A stretch of 64,000 nt of DNA from Albugo candida (taxonomy: Eukaryota): contig JBDOQK010000005.1 of NCBI GenBank assembly GCA_040437565.1, forward strand, positions 434,001 through 498,000, in the 5' to 3' direction. The translations under genes were made by a program, and so were the position numbers. Under the pieces are notes generated by a model. It saw only the letters and a program-made list of their open reading frames with translations. It was not told the origin of the DNA and did no database searches. This document shows positions 33,695 through 44,731 of the stretch, in pieces; the stretch's first letter is position 1, and each line of letters opens with the position of its first letter.

Positions 33695-36055
33695 TCAAAA
33701 TGGATTGTTGTGATTGGTAAACTGCTGCTGTTGTGATGCGTTCCCATAGCCACCCATCATATTGGGACCTCCAGGATGTTGATGCTGCATTCCCATCACA
33801 TTCATATTCGGATGGTGCTGAACGTTCATCAAATTCATTCCCATAGGCATACCTCCCATATTGCCATAGCTTGGATGCATACCCATGCTCGCATGTGGCA
33901 TACCACCATGCATGTTTGTCATTCCCATGGGGCCACCCATACCCATTCCAGGACCCATACCTCCTGGTTGCATGTTTGATGGTCTGCTTGGCATTCCTGC
34001 TAAAGTATCCAATCCTGAAAAACTACTCAGATTCCTCGATTGAGAATTAGACGATTGACCAGAGGCACATTTATTTCCTGAGGAGCCGAGATTACTCAAA
34101 TCGAAAAGCGATGAGCCAGCACCCCAGGCATCATCACGTTTTGTCTCTCCGCTTGTGGTGGTAGATGGGTGGGAGTGCGATGTTGCCCCGGAAAGATTGG
34201 ATGAAGTTCTGGATTGTACTCCGCTTTGCGCACTCAATTGCCCATACTGCGAGGGAGTGTTCGACAAGCCAGTAGATTGTGTTGCAGCGTGCGCAGACGA
34301 TGGTGGATGAGAGTATACACCTCCCATCATCTGTTGCTGAGAAAATGTTGGGCGTAAGCCTGCTTGAAATGAATTCATTTGCTGCTGCTGTGGTGCTTGA
34401 TATTGAGCTGTATTCGCAGTAAGTGACGCGTTACCACCAAAAGGATCAAATGTCATGGATTGTTGTGAAGCTGGAGGCATAGGTGCAGGTGCAAAAGACG
34501 ACGAAGCCGATGACGATGCAAAATCACCAAAGCTTTGTGTGGAAGCACTAGAGGCCCCGAAGGGATCAAATGTGCTTAACGGAGTCGCTACAGACATAAT
34601 TTAGTACAGTGGGGGGAAAAAGAACAGTATTGAAGAAACACGGACCTGCATTAATGTTTGTTGTGGATGGTGAAGCCGCAAAAAAATCATCATCGAGCAG
34701 GGAAGGTGCCGGGGTCGCAACGGGTACTTTCTTGCTCTCCGCTTGTATAACACCCTGATAACAACGATAAGTTATCTGAATCTTTAAAGATGATTGACTC
34801 TACCTCTCGTGCTTGCTTGACAGTTTTGCTTTTTGGAGCTCGCCGCCGAGAAGTGGTTCGTTCCTAAAACACATATAGGTACCGATAACCTATGATCTGT
34901 TTGCTCGTACCTCTTCCTCTGATTCGGATGCCTCATCTTTGCTTTCCAACCCGCTTCTACAGTCAAAATCGATTGTGACGTGATTTACTCCGAGATAAAA
35001 ATAGCGATTCGTACTCGTCTCGTTCGCTGGAGAATCGAGAAGAATATCCTCCTTGATCATCGTACTTGCTGGCTTGTGCAGCATACCCTCCATTATAACC
35101 ATCACCTCCGCTTTGACCTCCTCCACCACTGTAGCCTCCTCCACCATTATAGCCTCCTCCACCACTGTAGCCTCCCCCACCACTATAGCCTCCTCCACCA
35201 GTGTAACCTGCTCCTCCGCTGTAACCTCCACCTCCGCCACCACTGTAGCCTGATCCTGCATTGTATCCTTCCCCTCCACTGTAGCCACCGCCACCACTAT
35301 AAGATGCCGAGCTCGCACTAGCCATTCCGCCCACGGCGCCAATGCCAATGTATTTGTCTCGTAGACGCCGTGATTTCTCACGTTCATCACGTATTCTCTC
35401 ATTATCATTGAGTAATTCTAAAATCTGTTTCGCCTTATCACGCACTACATAAGCGGTTTTATCCATTAATTGATCACAAAATGGAAAAGTGGATCATGTA
35501 CTGACCTCCTGCTCCTCTGTCTGCAGTACCATCATGATAGGAAAAATCTGTGAGCTGACGAAGCTTGAACATGTGATCTCTTCCATTTTCAACGACGCGT
35601 TCTGTTGCGTTCTTTAGTAAATGATCCAGTAATGTCAGCGCCTAAACGGTCATGTTTTTTGTAAATCCAAGCGGAAGAATAGCTCAACTGAATACGAACT
35701 TTGAACACTGTGCGCCATTGACGAGCATGAGAGTCTGCTGCCTCCCAAATTTTGCGCATAATCACATTGTACGACTCACTACCACAAAGATACTTTGAGC
35801 GACTATAGCGAAAATATTGGGCTTTTCTTCGTACTAATCGAAGGTCAGTTGCGATATTTCGTTCAAAAGAGTACTGGAAGCTCCCCAGTTTTTGTTCGAG
35901 AGAGCATCTTCCATCTTCTTTTCTATGTCGGTGCCTAATTTCGCCTTTACAGCGTTCTTCCTGCAAGGGCAGACTCAGCATAGGCCTGAAAGCTGTGGTC
36001 ACACTTACGCTTCATCCATTGCATTTTTAAGCTTATCTAAGGCTAATCGATCCAT
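33695..36055 (-). CDS. Epsin/EpsinR-like ENTH-domain clathrin adaptor, multi-exon
   Basis: Spliced ENTH domain (DALSNKNWGASSTLL, QWRTVFKALTLLDHLLKN, VRDKAKQILELL), Gly-rich linker, DPF motifs, Met/Gly-rich tail and terminal NNPF. Confidence 0.9.
35090..35300 (-). repeat. Low-complexity coding repeat (GGGYSG)n within the epsin gene
   Basis: Degenerate 18-bp units such as CCACTGTAGCCTCCTCCA on the plus strand. Confidence 0.85.
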
Positions 36056-36215
36056 TTTGTATCACTCGGACTGAGAATCTTTTCGCAGAGCTTTCAAGTT
36101 TCCAACGGACGCGCTTTTGGTTCCCTCAACCAAGTAGAGAACAGAAGCTTATGGAAAAGGTACGATTTCATTATGACCAATCAGGAAGATGACTGCAGTA
36201 TAATTGTCACACGGA

Positions 36216-36485
36216 TCACAAGGCAAAATGAACTCGCTTTTTTTCCTTGGATTGTGCGGTACTCTTTTGCTTAAATGCGTAGGAATCAGTCCAATAGTCG
36301 TGTATTACAATCTGCGGAATATCTGCATCCAAAATTTGTTCTCGTCGTAATCGATGTTTCTGAATTTTGACCAAGTTTTCAAGTCGCTGTTTTCGTATGA
36401 ACACGACGCAGATAAGCACGATTACAATCATCACAATCACTCCGCCATAAATGTAATCATTGAAAGGGACTTTGAGTTTCTGCAT
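36216..36485 (-). CDS. Small single-pass membrane protein, hypothetical
   Basis: 89-aa ATG ORF with one strong TM segment (YIYGGVIVMIVIVLICVVFI) followed by a basic stop-transfer (RKQR). Confidence 0.5.
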   Translation of the reverse strand: MQKLKVPFNDYIYGGVIVMIVIVLICVVFIRKQRLENLVKIQKHRLRREQILDADIPQIVIHDYWTDSYAFKQKSTAQSKEKKRVHFAL

Positions 36486-36840
36486 TTAACGTTATTACTC
36501 GGTCGATAGTTGTGATTGTATGCTTAAGTAGCGGAATATGACAAATTGAAAAGTTGATGCGTTGCAAAATGCCTTGGCTACGCAATCCCGGTAAGATGGT
36601 CACGTCTATAGTAACTAGAGAGGTGACGAAAGGAGTTTTGCCCCAGCGCAGTGTAATGAGATAGTGGTTAAGGCAAGTACGCTAGAATGCAAGTCAATTC
36701 GTATCTATAACTGCCTTGCTGGACTCGATTACACTCATGTATAGATAGTGCTACCCAAAAAAGAAAGAATTTGAGCTTATTAGGTACCATCACTTCCGCA
36801 CTGGATGACAGATTGATGGCACATTTCACATACATTGTCT

Positions 36841-37675
36841 CATACAAATTCAGCAACTCTCTGCTCGACAAAGGCTTTTCTAGTGGACAAAATCAAATCG
36901 TTCGCANNNNNNNNNNNNNNNNNNNNNNNNNNNNNNNNNNNNNNNNNNNNNNNNNNNNNNNNNNNNNNNNNNNNNNNNNNNNNNNNNNNNNNNNNNNNNN
37001 NNNNNNCATACAAATTCAGCAACTCTCTGCTCGACAAAGGCTTTTCTAGTGGACAAAATCAAATCGTTCGCACGAAAACATGACCGAAGGCTCTTTCCCT
37101 ATTCCTGCGCCACCGCCTGCCAAATTGCTATCTCGCACCGATTTCTCAATCACGTTGGCGATCCCGGAACCGCATACAAATTCAGCAACTCTCTGCTCGA
37201 CAAAGGCTTTTCTAGTGGACAAAATCAAATCGTTCGCACGAAAACATGACCGAAGGCTCTTTCCCTATTCCTGCGCCACCGCCTGCCAAATTGCTATCTC
37301 GCACCGATTTCTCAATCACGTTGGCGATCCCGGAACCGCATACAAATTCAGCAACTCTCTGCTCGACAAAGGCTTTTCTAGTGGACAAAATCAAATCGTT
37401 CGCACGAAAACATGACCGAAGGCTCTTTCCCTATTCCTGCGCCACCGCCTGCCAAATTGCTATCTCGCACCGATTTCTCAATCACGTTGGCGATCCCGGA
37501 ACCGCATACAAATTCAGCAACTCTCTGCTCGACAAAGGCTTTTCTAGTGGACAAAATCAAATCGTTCGCACGAAAACATGACCGAAGGCTCTTTCCCTAT
37601 TCCTGCGCCACCGCCTGCCAAATTGCTATCTCGCACCGATTTCTCAATCACGTTGGCGATCCCGGAACCGCATAC
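36841..37675. repeat. 166-bp perfect tandem repeat (4 full copies after a gap plus a partial copy before it) covering the 5' end of the FN3 gene
   Basis: Units start at 37007, 37173, 37339 and 37505, are identical by eye, and are bounded by CATAC microhomology. Confidence 0.95.
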
Positions 37676-37928
37676 GAGTTTGTATCGTTTTCAATACAAG
37701 AAGGCTGGACTTAATGTCGACTGGGACTCGCACGGAATAAGTGTAGACACAGAAATGGGACAGACGGTTGTTGTTTTGGACGATTTGGAGCCAACCTGCT
37801 CGTACGAGGTACGAATTTACGCATTAGACGGCACAAAACATACGATTTGCTCGTCTCCGAGCGCTGTCGCGGCTGTGGACACTGATGTACCTAGTTGTGC
37901 TCCTGATTCCAAGTGTGTTATATTATAA
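37578..37928 (+). CDS. Single fibronectin type III domain protein with C-terminal CaaX (CVIL)
   Basis: FN3 hallmarks PAPP, SITL, YRFQYK...W and LDDLEPTCSYEVRIYA. Ends ...SKCVIL*. Confidence 0.8.
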   Translation: MTEGSFPIPAPPPAKLLSRTDFSITLAIPEPHTSLYRFQYKKAGLNVDWDSHGISVDTEMGQTVVVLDDLEPTCSYEVRIYALDGTKHTICSSPSAVAAVDTDVPSCAPDSKCVIL

Positions 37929-37988
37929 CTATACTATATGATGCTTCGTTACTTGTCAAAGGTATTTTTTAGTAATTTCTCAGCTTTT

Positions 37989-40900
37989 TTATTTTTCTAA
38001 AATCTCAAACAATTCGTTCCATTTCGAATCGAATGATTGTCCCTCCGCATTGAACACAAATGCTTTTGGCGTCTGTAAAAAATCTTGGTCTCTAGTGTGT
38101 TTTCTCCACCAAACAGCGATATCACCCAAAGACTCTACTCCCAGATATACTTGGAGCGCCTCTAGCAGCTTCACAATCACTTCATATCCAACGTCAGATT
38201 CATACTGAGCCGCGGAAATGGTAGAATACAGCCAGTGTAGCTGTAAGATGTCTCTGCTGAAAAGTGGAGCCCATAGCTGTGCCAGTTGCTGGCCAAGATT
38301 CGGAATATCCAGTCGAGTATCCTGGTACTCTACCAGCACACGTTCAAATGCTATTTTAAGCGGTGAGGAATGGATCAAATCTCGATCAATCAAAAGCATC
38401 ATCATGCTGGATACTTGCCGGCATATTTGTGCCGTCCCATGTAAAGCCTCTAATATCGCAATTTCCACAAAATACTTCCATGCATCCGTTTCACCTAATG
38501 TAGAGTACTCGTTGACACACAATTCGAGTTCGTCCAGGTCGTTGACGTTGAAGTATTCCTTCAACGAGTTTCTCAGTTTGGCGACGTTTTCTGGATCGAG
38601 ATCTTCGTCCACGAATAAATGCGTCAGATCGTTCTCTATCAGATACCTTTGCACGCATGCGTCGCTGATGTCTTTATCGTCCGGCAGGACGCAAGCCACA
38701 TCAATTCTTTCCTCTTGGATCATTTGTATAATCGAGATTTCCCCAGCTTCTGCCTCCATCACATGCAGTGTTTCGGCAAATACAAGTGCAGCGACTCCAG
38801 ATCTCCGTGTGGACACCAGTGCTGTTTCCATCGTCCATGAAAGACTTAGGCACCCATTAAGTATCATTCGACCAAGTATAAACGCACAATGTTGAGTTGC
38901 AAGGGGAATGTCGATTTTCAGGTCGTCTAAAGTGGATGCAATGTGAGTCAAGGCCCGCTGAAAGACGATGATTTCCATCACATTCTGCTCATAAAGCGCT
39001 GCCAGTAATGTCACCGCGTGTTGACGCTGGTCCTTCTTGCTGTCCAACGCTGTATTGATCAATTCTTCTGTGAATGCAATATGGCTGAGCTCCTTACTAG
39101 GCACCTGAGGAAGCTCACCAATGCACAAAATGGCTTCATTCAGATCTAGAATTGAAAGGTATTCTTGTATAATGCTTTTCATGCGGCCAATTTGCACACC
39201 ATCCAGCTTCTTTGCATCATCCAATTCGGTCTGGGATGGATCCGGAACCAATCGAAGTAATAGATTTCCGCTAGACTCTGCCAATTGTGCGCTTGTTATT
39301 TGACATTTCTGCCGACGATGAATCAACTGCCCATGTTGTGCATTCTGCCCAAGTCTCTGTAGCTTCTGTGCTTCACGACGCACTTGGTCGAGAGTCATTT
39401 GTTGCATCGCTTGACGTCGAGGCTCCCACATGTGATCTCTCATTTCCAACACATCCTTGAGCAGGAATCGCAGTCGTGAGGATACATTCAGCGAATCTTG
39501 TGCCAATTCCATTATTCGAAGGATAAATACATCCATAATGCTCTTCGTCTCTGGTCGATCAAACTTTTTACCGACGGTCGACAACATTTTGCACAGTGCT
39601 TCAATGTCTTCTTCTGCAGGCACACGAATTATTTGACCGACCCAGCCACTCTTCTTATCTTCTCGAGCCAAAAGTTGAAGTCCAAGAAGCTGACAGAAAC
39701 AACCACACACAGCTCCTTGCTACAAAAGTCGAGTAAGCATACATTCCCAAAACGCTAGCAATGTTACCTTGAGCATATCGACTTTGAACAACTCGCCGAT
39801 AAAGCGGATATTGCCAAGCATCAACTGTTTCGTCCGTGCGCTGCCCGCGTCCAAAGCTTCTTTTTTGTCGTGAATACACTGAAGAATGTGTCAAATCTGG
39901 AGCAGAGACGACAATGACCATGCTTACCGCTTTCTCAAATCTTTCCTGACAGCGAAGTATCAATAATCGCTTAAACAGCGTGACGTTCTTTGCTTCTTTG
40001 AGAGCTCCTTCGGCTAAGTAAATGATATGAACAAGTAGTCCTCAATGATAATCACAAGCACGTACGTGATATGAATGTTCCAATCAACAGCTCATCTTCC
40101 CCCGGCTCTCTCAATGCTTTCTCTATACACCGCATCAGAAAGAGTTTCGATAGACAACTGTACACTCACGCGTATAGTAGTATCCATCGGGTCTTTTGCG
40201 AACGATGAATAGTAATTTGGAATGCTGAGCGTAGTAAATGCCTTTTGCATTCTTTTGAACACCCGAAAGAGAGGACGTTTGTGACCGTTGCAGACTTTGA
40301 AGTATATCTGGTAGCAGCGCCTCGTTTCCGTTGCGATGGAGACACTCCTGGATGCTTGGATGGGGGCAATGTATCATACATCAAAAATACGTCAGGAGTT
40401 GACTCTACCTTGGGAACGGCCCGTCGAGATCTTCTTCCATGCTAGAGATTGTCGTCCAGTAAAATTCTTGCTGTACAGTCAAAGATGACAAATATGATGT
40501 CAAGCCTCAAGGCTTTCCACGTACCTTTTGTCCAATGGATTCCACGACATTGACAAATGGCCATAGCGTATCTTTCGTTCTCAAATGAATCTCTTTGCAT
40601 AAGTCGGCATACACGTCAGCAAAATTGCATTCTTCTATTGCTTTATCCATGACAGAGGCTACCAAGATGCGCAATGTGTGGAAGGTTTGAATGGGAATAT
40701 CGCACAAAATTTTGGTGAGTTTCTCAAATTTCTCGCGTGTGAGTTTGTTCAGTACGGCTTTGATTTGACTCAATGGTGTTCCTATTGGTGTATTGGTGTC
40801 TGTAGAGAACGATTTTGCGCATTTCCAGCTGTTTTCGGATCGATGAAGAGGTGATACGGGCTCTTCCATCACAGGTGCAGCAATTCGATTGCTTCGCTGA

Positions 40901-42376
40901 CTCTCTGGGCGATGAGATCGGCTTTTCTTGGGTCGTTTTTGTAGGCTCTCATGTCGTTTTTTCATTTTGTTTGCGTCCTCCACTCGCGAAGATGGGGGTT
41001 TACGCACTTGGATGACCTCCGTTACTTGTAATGGTGCCAGATCGACTGGTGCGACGGCAAACGATATGAGTTTGCGTAGTTGACCATTTGTGTATCGGAC
41101 TTTGCTATGCCCCATAATGGGTATAGCTTTTGGCAGAGAATTTACGATGGAAGACGTGAACGGTTCGGATATTTGGGATGTCAGCTTGCTATCATCTTCT
41201 CGTAATTTGGCGTAATACGCATGAGTACGCTTTTCTTTGCTCAGTGGGGACTCGGTTGAGTGCGTATCAACCTCGGTTTTCTCCAAGTCGAGACATTTGT
41301 CAGAGGTGTTGGAAATTTCTGGCTTTCTAGACGCTTCTTTCGAGGCTTTAAGAGAGTTTTGAAGTGGCTCTTCGTACAAAGTATCTGCAAGCGCGTTGAC
41401 CGGGTCCGAGGATCTTAGTGATGAGAGAAGCGACGATTTCAATGCTGAGTTTCCATTATTCTTAATTGAAAGGTGGCCACTGAATGATTTCTTGATAGGT
41501 TCATTTTTCTTTATAGTTCGATTTTCTTTGTTGGTAGAAATTGGCAATTGCCGTTTTTTTAAGCTTGCAAGAAGAGAGGATTCAAGGGCCGGCTTTGTAT
41601 GACTCGATGAAATTTCCTTGTCTTCAAATAGCTCCTTTCGAGGTTGATTATCATTCAAGGAGATTTTTCGTACGATCTTTACATTTTTTGGCTTACCCAC
41701 TGAATTTGGAGCCCGCCGCTCCCATCTATTTTGCCTATCGCTTGTCCGCGATCCTATTTCTTCAAAGCAAGAAAGTGTAGAGCGCATACTGGAATCGCTT
41801 CCACGACGTTCACGATAGCTTTTTCTACCATCATTTTCGAAATTACTCTTCTCTGCCTCCACTGTTGGCCTATTACTTCTATCTCCCGGCTTCCCACTTA
41901 TTGGTGAGGTGGGAACCTGCTGTCGCTCATCTCCAAGAGCCGATTGCTCAAATATGATAGTACGATTTTTATTCGTGGTAGCGCTTGCTTTACGACTCAA
42001 TTTTTTAGCATTAAGATTCTCTTGCAGCGAGGAATGGAACGGAATCGTTAGATCCGACATCTGAGTCGTCTGAGCCTTAATCTGAGTGGAAGGGGATCTT
42101 TTGCTCGGTCGAGTCTCTTCCCGACGTTTGTCTGAATCTTTTCTCTCTGACTTTGTATTCCGACTATCTTTTTGTGTCGTCGAATGCACCTCATATCGAA
42201 TGCGGCGATGCCCACTAGTGTGCTCTAAATTCTCACGCTGTGCGAGTTCTACAATAGTTGTAGGAGTAAGAGAATATTTGGATCAGTGTCTTCTGTGATT
42301 ATTACTGCGAATAAGTAAAGAAGTATAATGTACCTCGTTCTTTTCGTTGACTGGAAGACCCCAAACTCGATGCCAT
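37989..42376 (-). CDS. EIF4G: Translation initiation factor eIF4G-like (MIF4G plus two MA3 domains), multi-exon
   Basis: YTNGQLR (4E-binding-like), LNKLTREKF, DKAIEECNFADVYADLC, FKRLLILRCQERFE, MLGNIRFIGELF, IEALCKML and SRLRFLLKDV, then two MA3 starts (IIQEYL..D..EA; SLKEYF..D..E). First exon MASSLG at 42376 is inferred. Confidence 0.9.
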
Positions 42377-42871
42377 TTTGCATTGCAAATGAGAGCAAAA
42401 ATAATGTTTCAATAATTATAAAAGTAGCCATTATGTTGATGTATATTACTGCTTGAAGTTGCAGTGACCGGGCAATCAGCCCAAAGTGAGAATCAATGAC
42501 GCGCATTTGTACCAAATCGTGCACTATCATTATTTCTATGCGTATAGAATCATAGTTTTATGTGTCGATTGCAAAAATGCGCATAAACGTAGCTTTTGTT
42601 TCATGCATACAGCAAATTTGCTCAGATTATACTTCTTGCACCCTTCATTACCGCTATCTAGTTCATTGCAATCAGAAGAGCAATAGCTATTTATAAACTG
42701 ATGTTCTGAAAGGGATAAGCTGAATACCTCATAGAGCCTCAGAGGATTGATATTATGTTCACAAACATCTCAAAACTAAATGTACATCTGATCGATTCCA
42801 TTAAAATCACGAGGTCATCCAAACTCCAGCTATGTCGTTGACGATAACAGCTGAAGAAGTATGCAATGACA

Positions 42872-44593
42872 CTACACGGCTGCTGATTTTGCATTCGGAT
42901 TTGGATCTTCAGACGATCCGTGATACGCACGATACCCAATGTCATTCGGCGATTGTGGAATCGGTAGCATCAATTCCTTCGGAATGTTTGCGAGTATATA
43001 CTTACTTCGAGACAACATCCATCGACGAAAATTCCAATAGATCTTTGGTTCTTGGTCATAGAGCTGTAAGGAATTACTCAACGCGATTTCCCAATCGGAT
43101 TGCTGCAGAAGCGGATTGTCTTGCATCATCTTATTGCTCCAACGACAAGCTGTTTGGTAGTCATGGACATCTCCGTAGTATCGAATCAATTCGCGATAAC
43201 AATCTGCTGAAAATCCCAATTGATACCCATACAGCCGCAACTGCTTCACAGCTAACTGAGGATTGCCCATCTTGATATGCGCGATAATGATCAGCTTTCG
43301 CGTGTATTCGTCTCGGCTCACACCATCAAGCTTCATCACTTCAAGATGGTCAAAAAAGTCGTCAAACTGGTCGAGATTCATATGTGCCTTTAAGATGACA
43401 TTATGTGTGAAAGTGGTCATTTTCTGACCTCGTGCTCGTCTTGCACGGTACAGCTCTAGTACACGAAGATATGTTTCAGGTTCTTTGGAGACACTCGCAT
43501 ACGATTGTAATACGGCCGAGAAATATGCGTCAACTATCAAATCTTGCTCTTGTGGTTCCATACTCTCAAACATTTCAATGACTTTATGCCATTTGCGTCC
43601 TTTAGAGCATGCTGATATCACGGATTTACATATCGTCGTTGTGATTTGGAAACCAGAATCTACTAGCGTCTTATAGGCTTCCAGTGCGAGTTCCCATCGA
43701 CCTGTTTTGCCTCCAATGATAGAAAGCGAATGGCATGTGCTTGATGTCAATGGTATTTTAAATTCAGACACATACCGATGCAGTTCCATCGCAAAATCTG
43801 CGTCTCCCACGCGAGCACAGCTGCTCAAGACATTGTTGACGATAACGATATTGATCTCGACTCCGTTTTGCACGACATCGTCAAAAATTTCTAGGACTAG
43901 CTCATGATTGGACACTTTATGCGCAGCAGACAGAGCGCGTGAGTACGTGACTTGTCCAGGAACATACCCATCGTTACGACATACTTCGAAAACGCGAAGT
44001 GCCAAAGTGAAATCTTCTTCCTCGTAACTCGCTGCAATGATGCTCGAGTACGCATGGATTCGAGGCCGAATGGAACGATCACGGGCGTACTTGAGAAATT
44101 TTACAGCTTCTTGGATAAATTTCAGTGATGAAAGGATTTCAATGAGTGCGGTCGCGACATTTTCGGTCAATAACTTTCGATTCTCTTCCCGTTGGACTTC
44201 TTCAATCCATTCAAGCGCTATAGTCTCTAGATTTGGATCGTTCAAATGCGTTTTTATTCGATTCAGAAACTGCTCTTCCGATCTATGGTCAGCACCGATT
44301 GCTTTGAAGCCATACGATCGTGCCCAATTGCATGAAGATGGAGCTAGAATTGGATTTATTACAAAAGGAATGGCTGCAGTACGCCTTCGTAATGTATAAT
44401 ACGATCGATATCGGAAGAGGCCATCCTGCAAGAGATATTGAGCTCCCTCAATTCTTTGCACTAATAGAAAATTGAAGGTCGAAAGCGTCCGCATAGACAG
44501 CATTTCGCAGCCTTCAATTGGACGCCATATCCGCATCATGGACGAGTTGTTTACTACTGGACGTCCGAAACAGTGTGCGCCACATAAGCACAT
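42872..44593 (-). CDS. Pentatricopeptide repeat (PPR) protein, probably mitochondrial
   Basis: Tandem 35-aa motifs (HAYSSIIAA...ALRVFE...GYVPG; VTYSRALSA; VIVNNVLSSCARVG; ICKSVISACSKG). Confidence 0.9.
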   Translation of the reverse strand: MCLCGAHCFGRPVVNNSSMMRIWRPIEGCEMLSMRTLSTFNFLLVQRIEGAQYLLQDGLFRYRSYYTLRRRTAAIPFVINPILAPSSCNWARSYGFKAIGADHRSEEQFLNRIKTHLNDPNLETIALEWIEEVQREENRKLLTENVATALIEILSSLKFIQEAVKFLKYARDRSIRPRIHAYSSIIAASYEEEDFTLALRVFEVCRNDGYVPGQVTYSRALSAAHKVSNHELVLEIFDDVVQNGVEINIVIVNNVLSSCARVGDADFAMELHRYVSEFKIPLTSSTCHSLSIIGGKTGRWELALEAYKTLVDSGFQITTTICKSVISACSKGRKWHKVIEMFESMEPQEQDLIVDAYFSAVLQSYASVSKEPETYLRVLELYRARRARGQKMTTFTHNVILKAHMNLDQFDDFFDHLEVMKLDGVSRDEYTRKLIIIAHIKMGNPQLAVKQLRLYGYQLGFSADCYRELIRYYGDVHDYQTACRWSNKMMQDNPLLQQSDWEIALSNSLQLYDQEPKIYWNFRRWMLSRSKYILANIPKELMLPIPQSPNDIGYRAYHGSSEDPNPNAKSAAV

Positions 44594-44731
44594 TTTTAAG
44601 GTTGCCACTCTGTCGCATCCTCAAGAACAAAACCACCGACGCGATCATTCTGGCAAAAATAACATAGCGAGCGATATCTTCAGATTGTGAATCGCTGGTC
44701 AGCTTATTTTGGCTAATTTGTGGCGTGTTGA

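Noticed and set aside
33382..33823. Duplicated epsin 3' end or a second gene
   Set aside because: It is an exact 171-bp overlap on both sides of a gap.
37049..37714. Family of repeated 60-111 aa ORFs
   Set aside because: They are by-products of the 166-bp repeat shifting frame. Only 37578-37928 encodes a recognisable domain.
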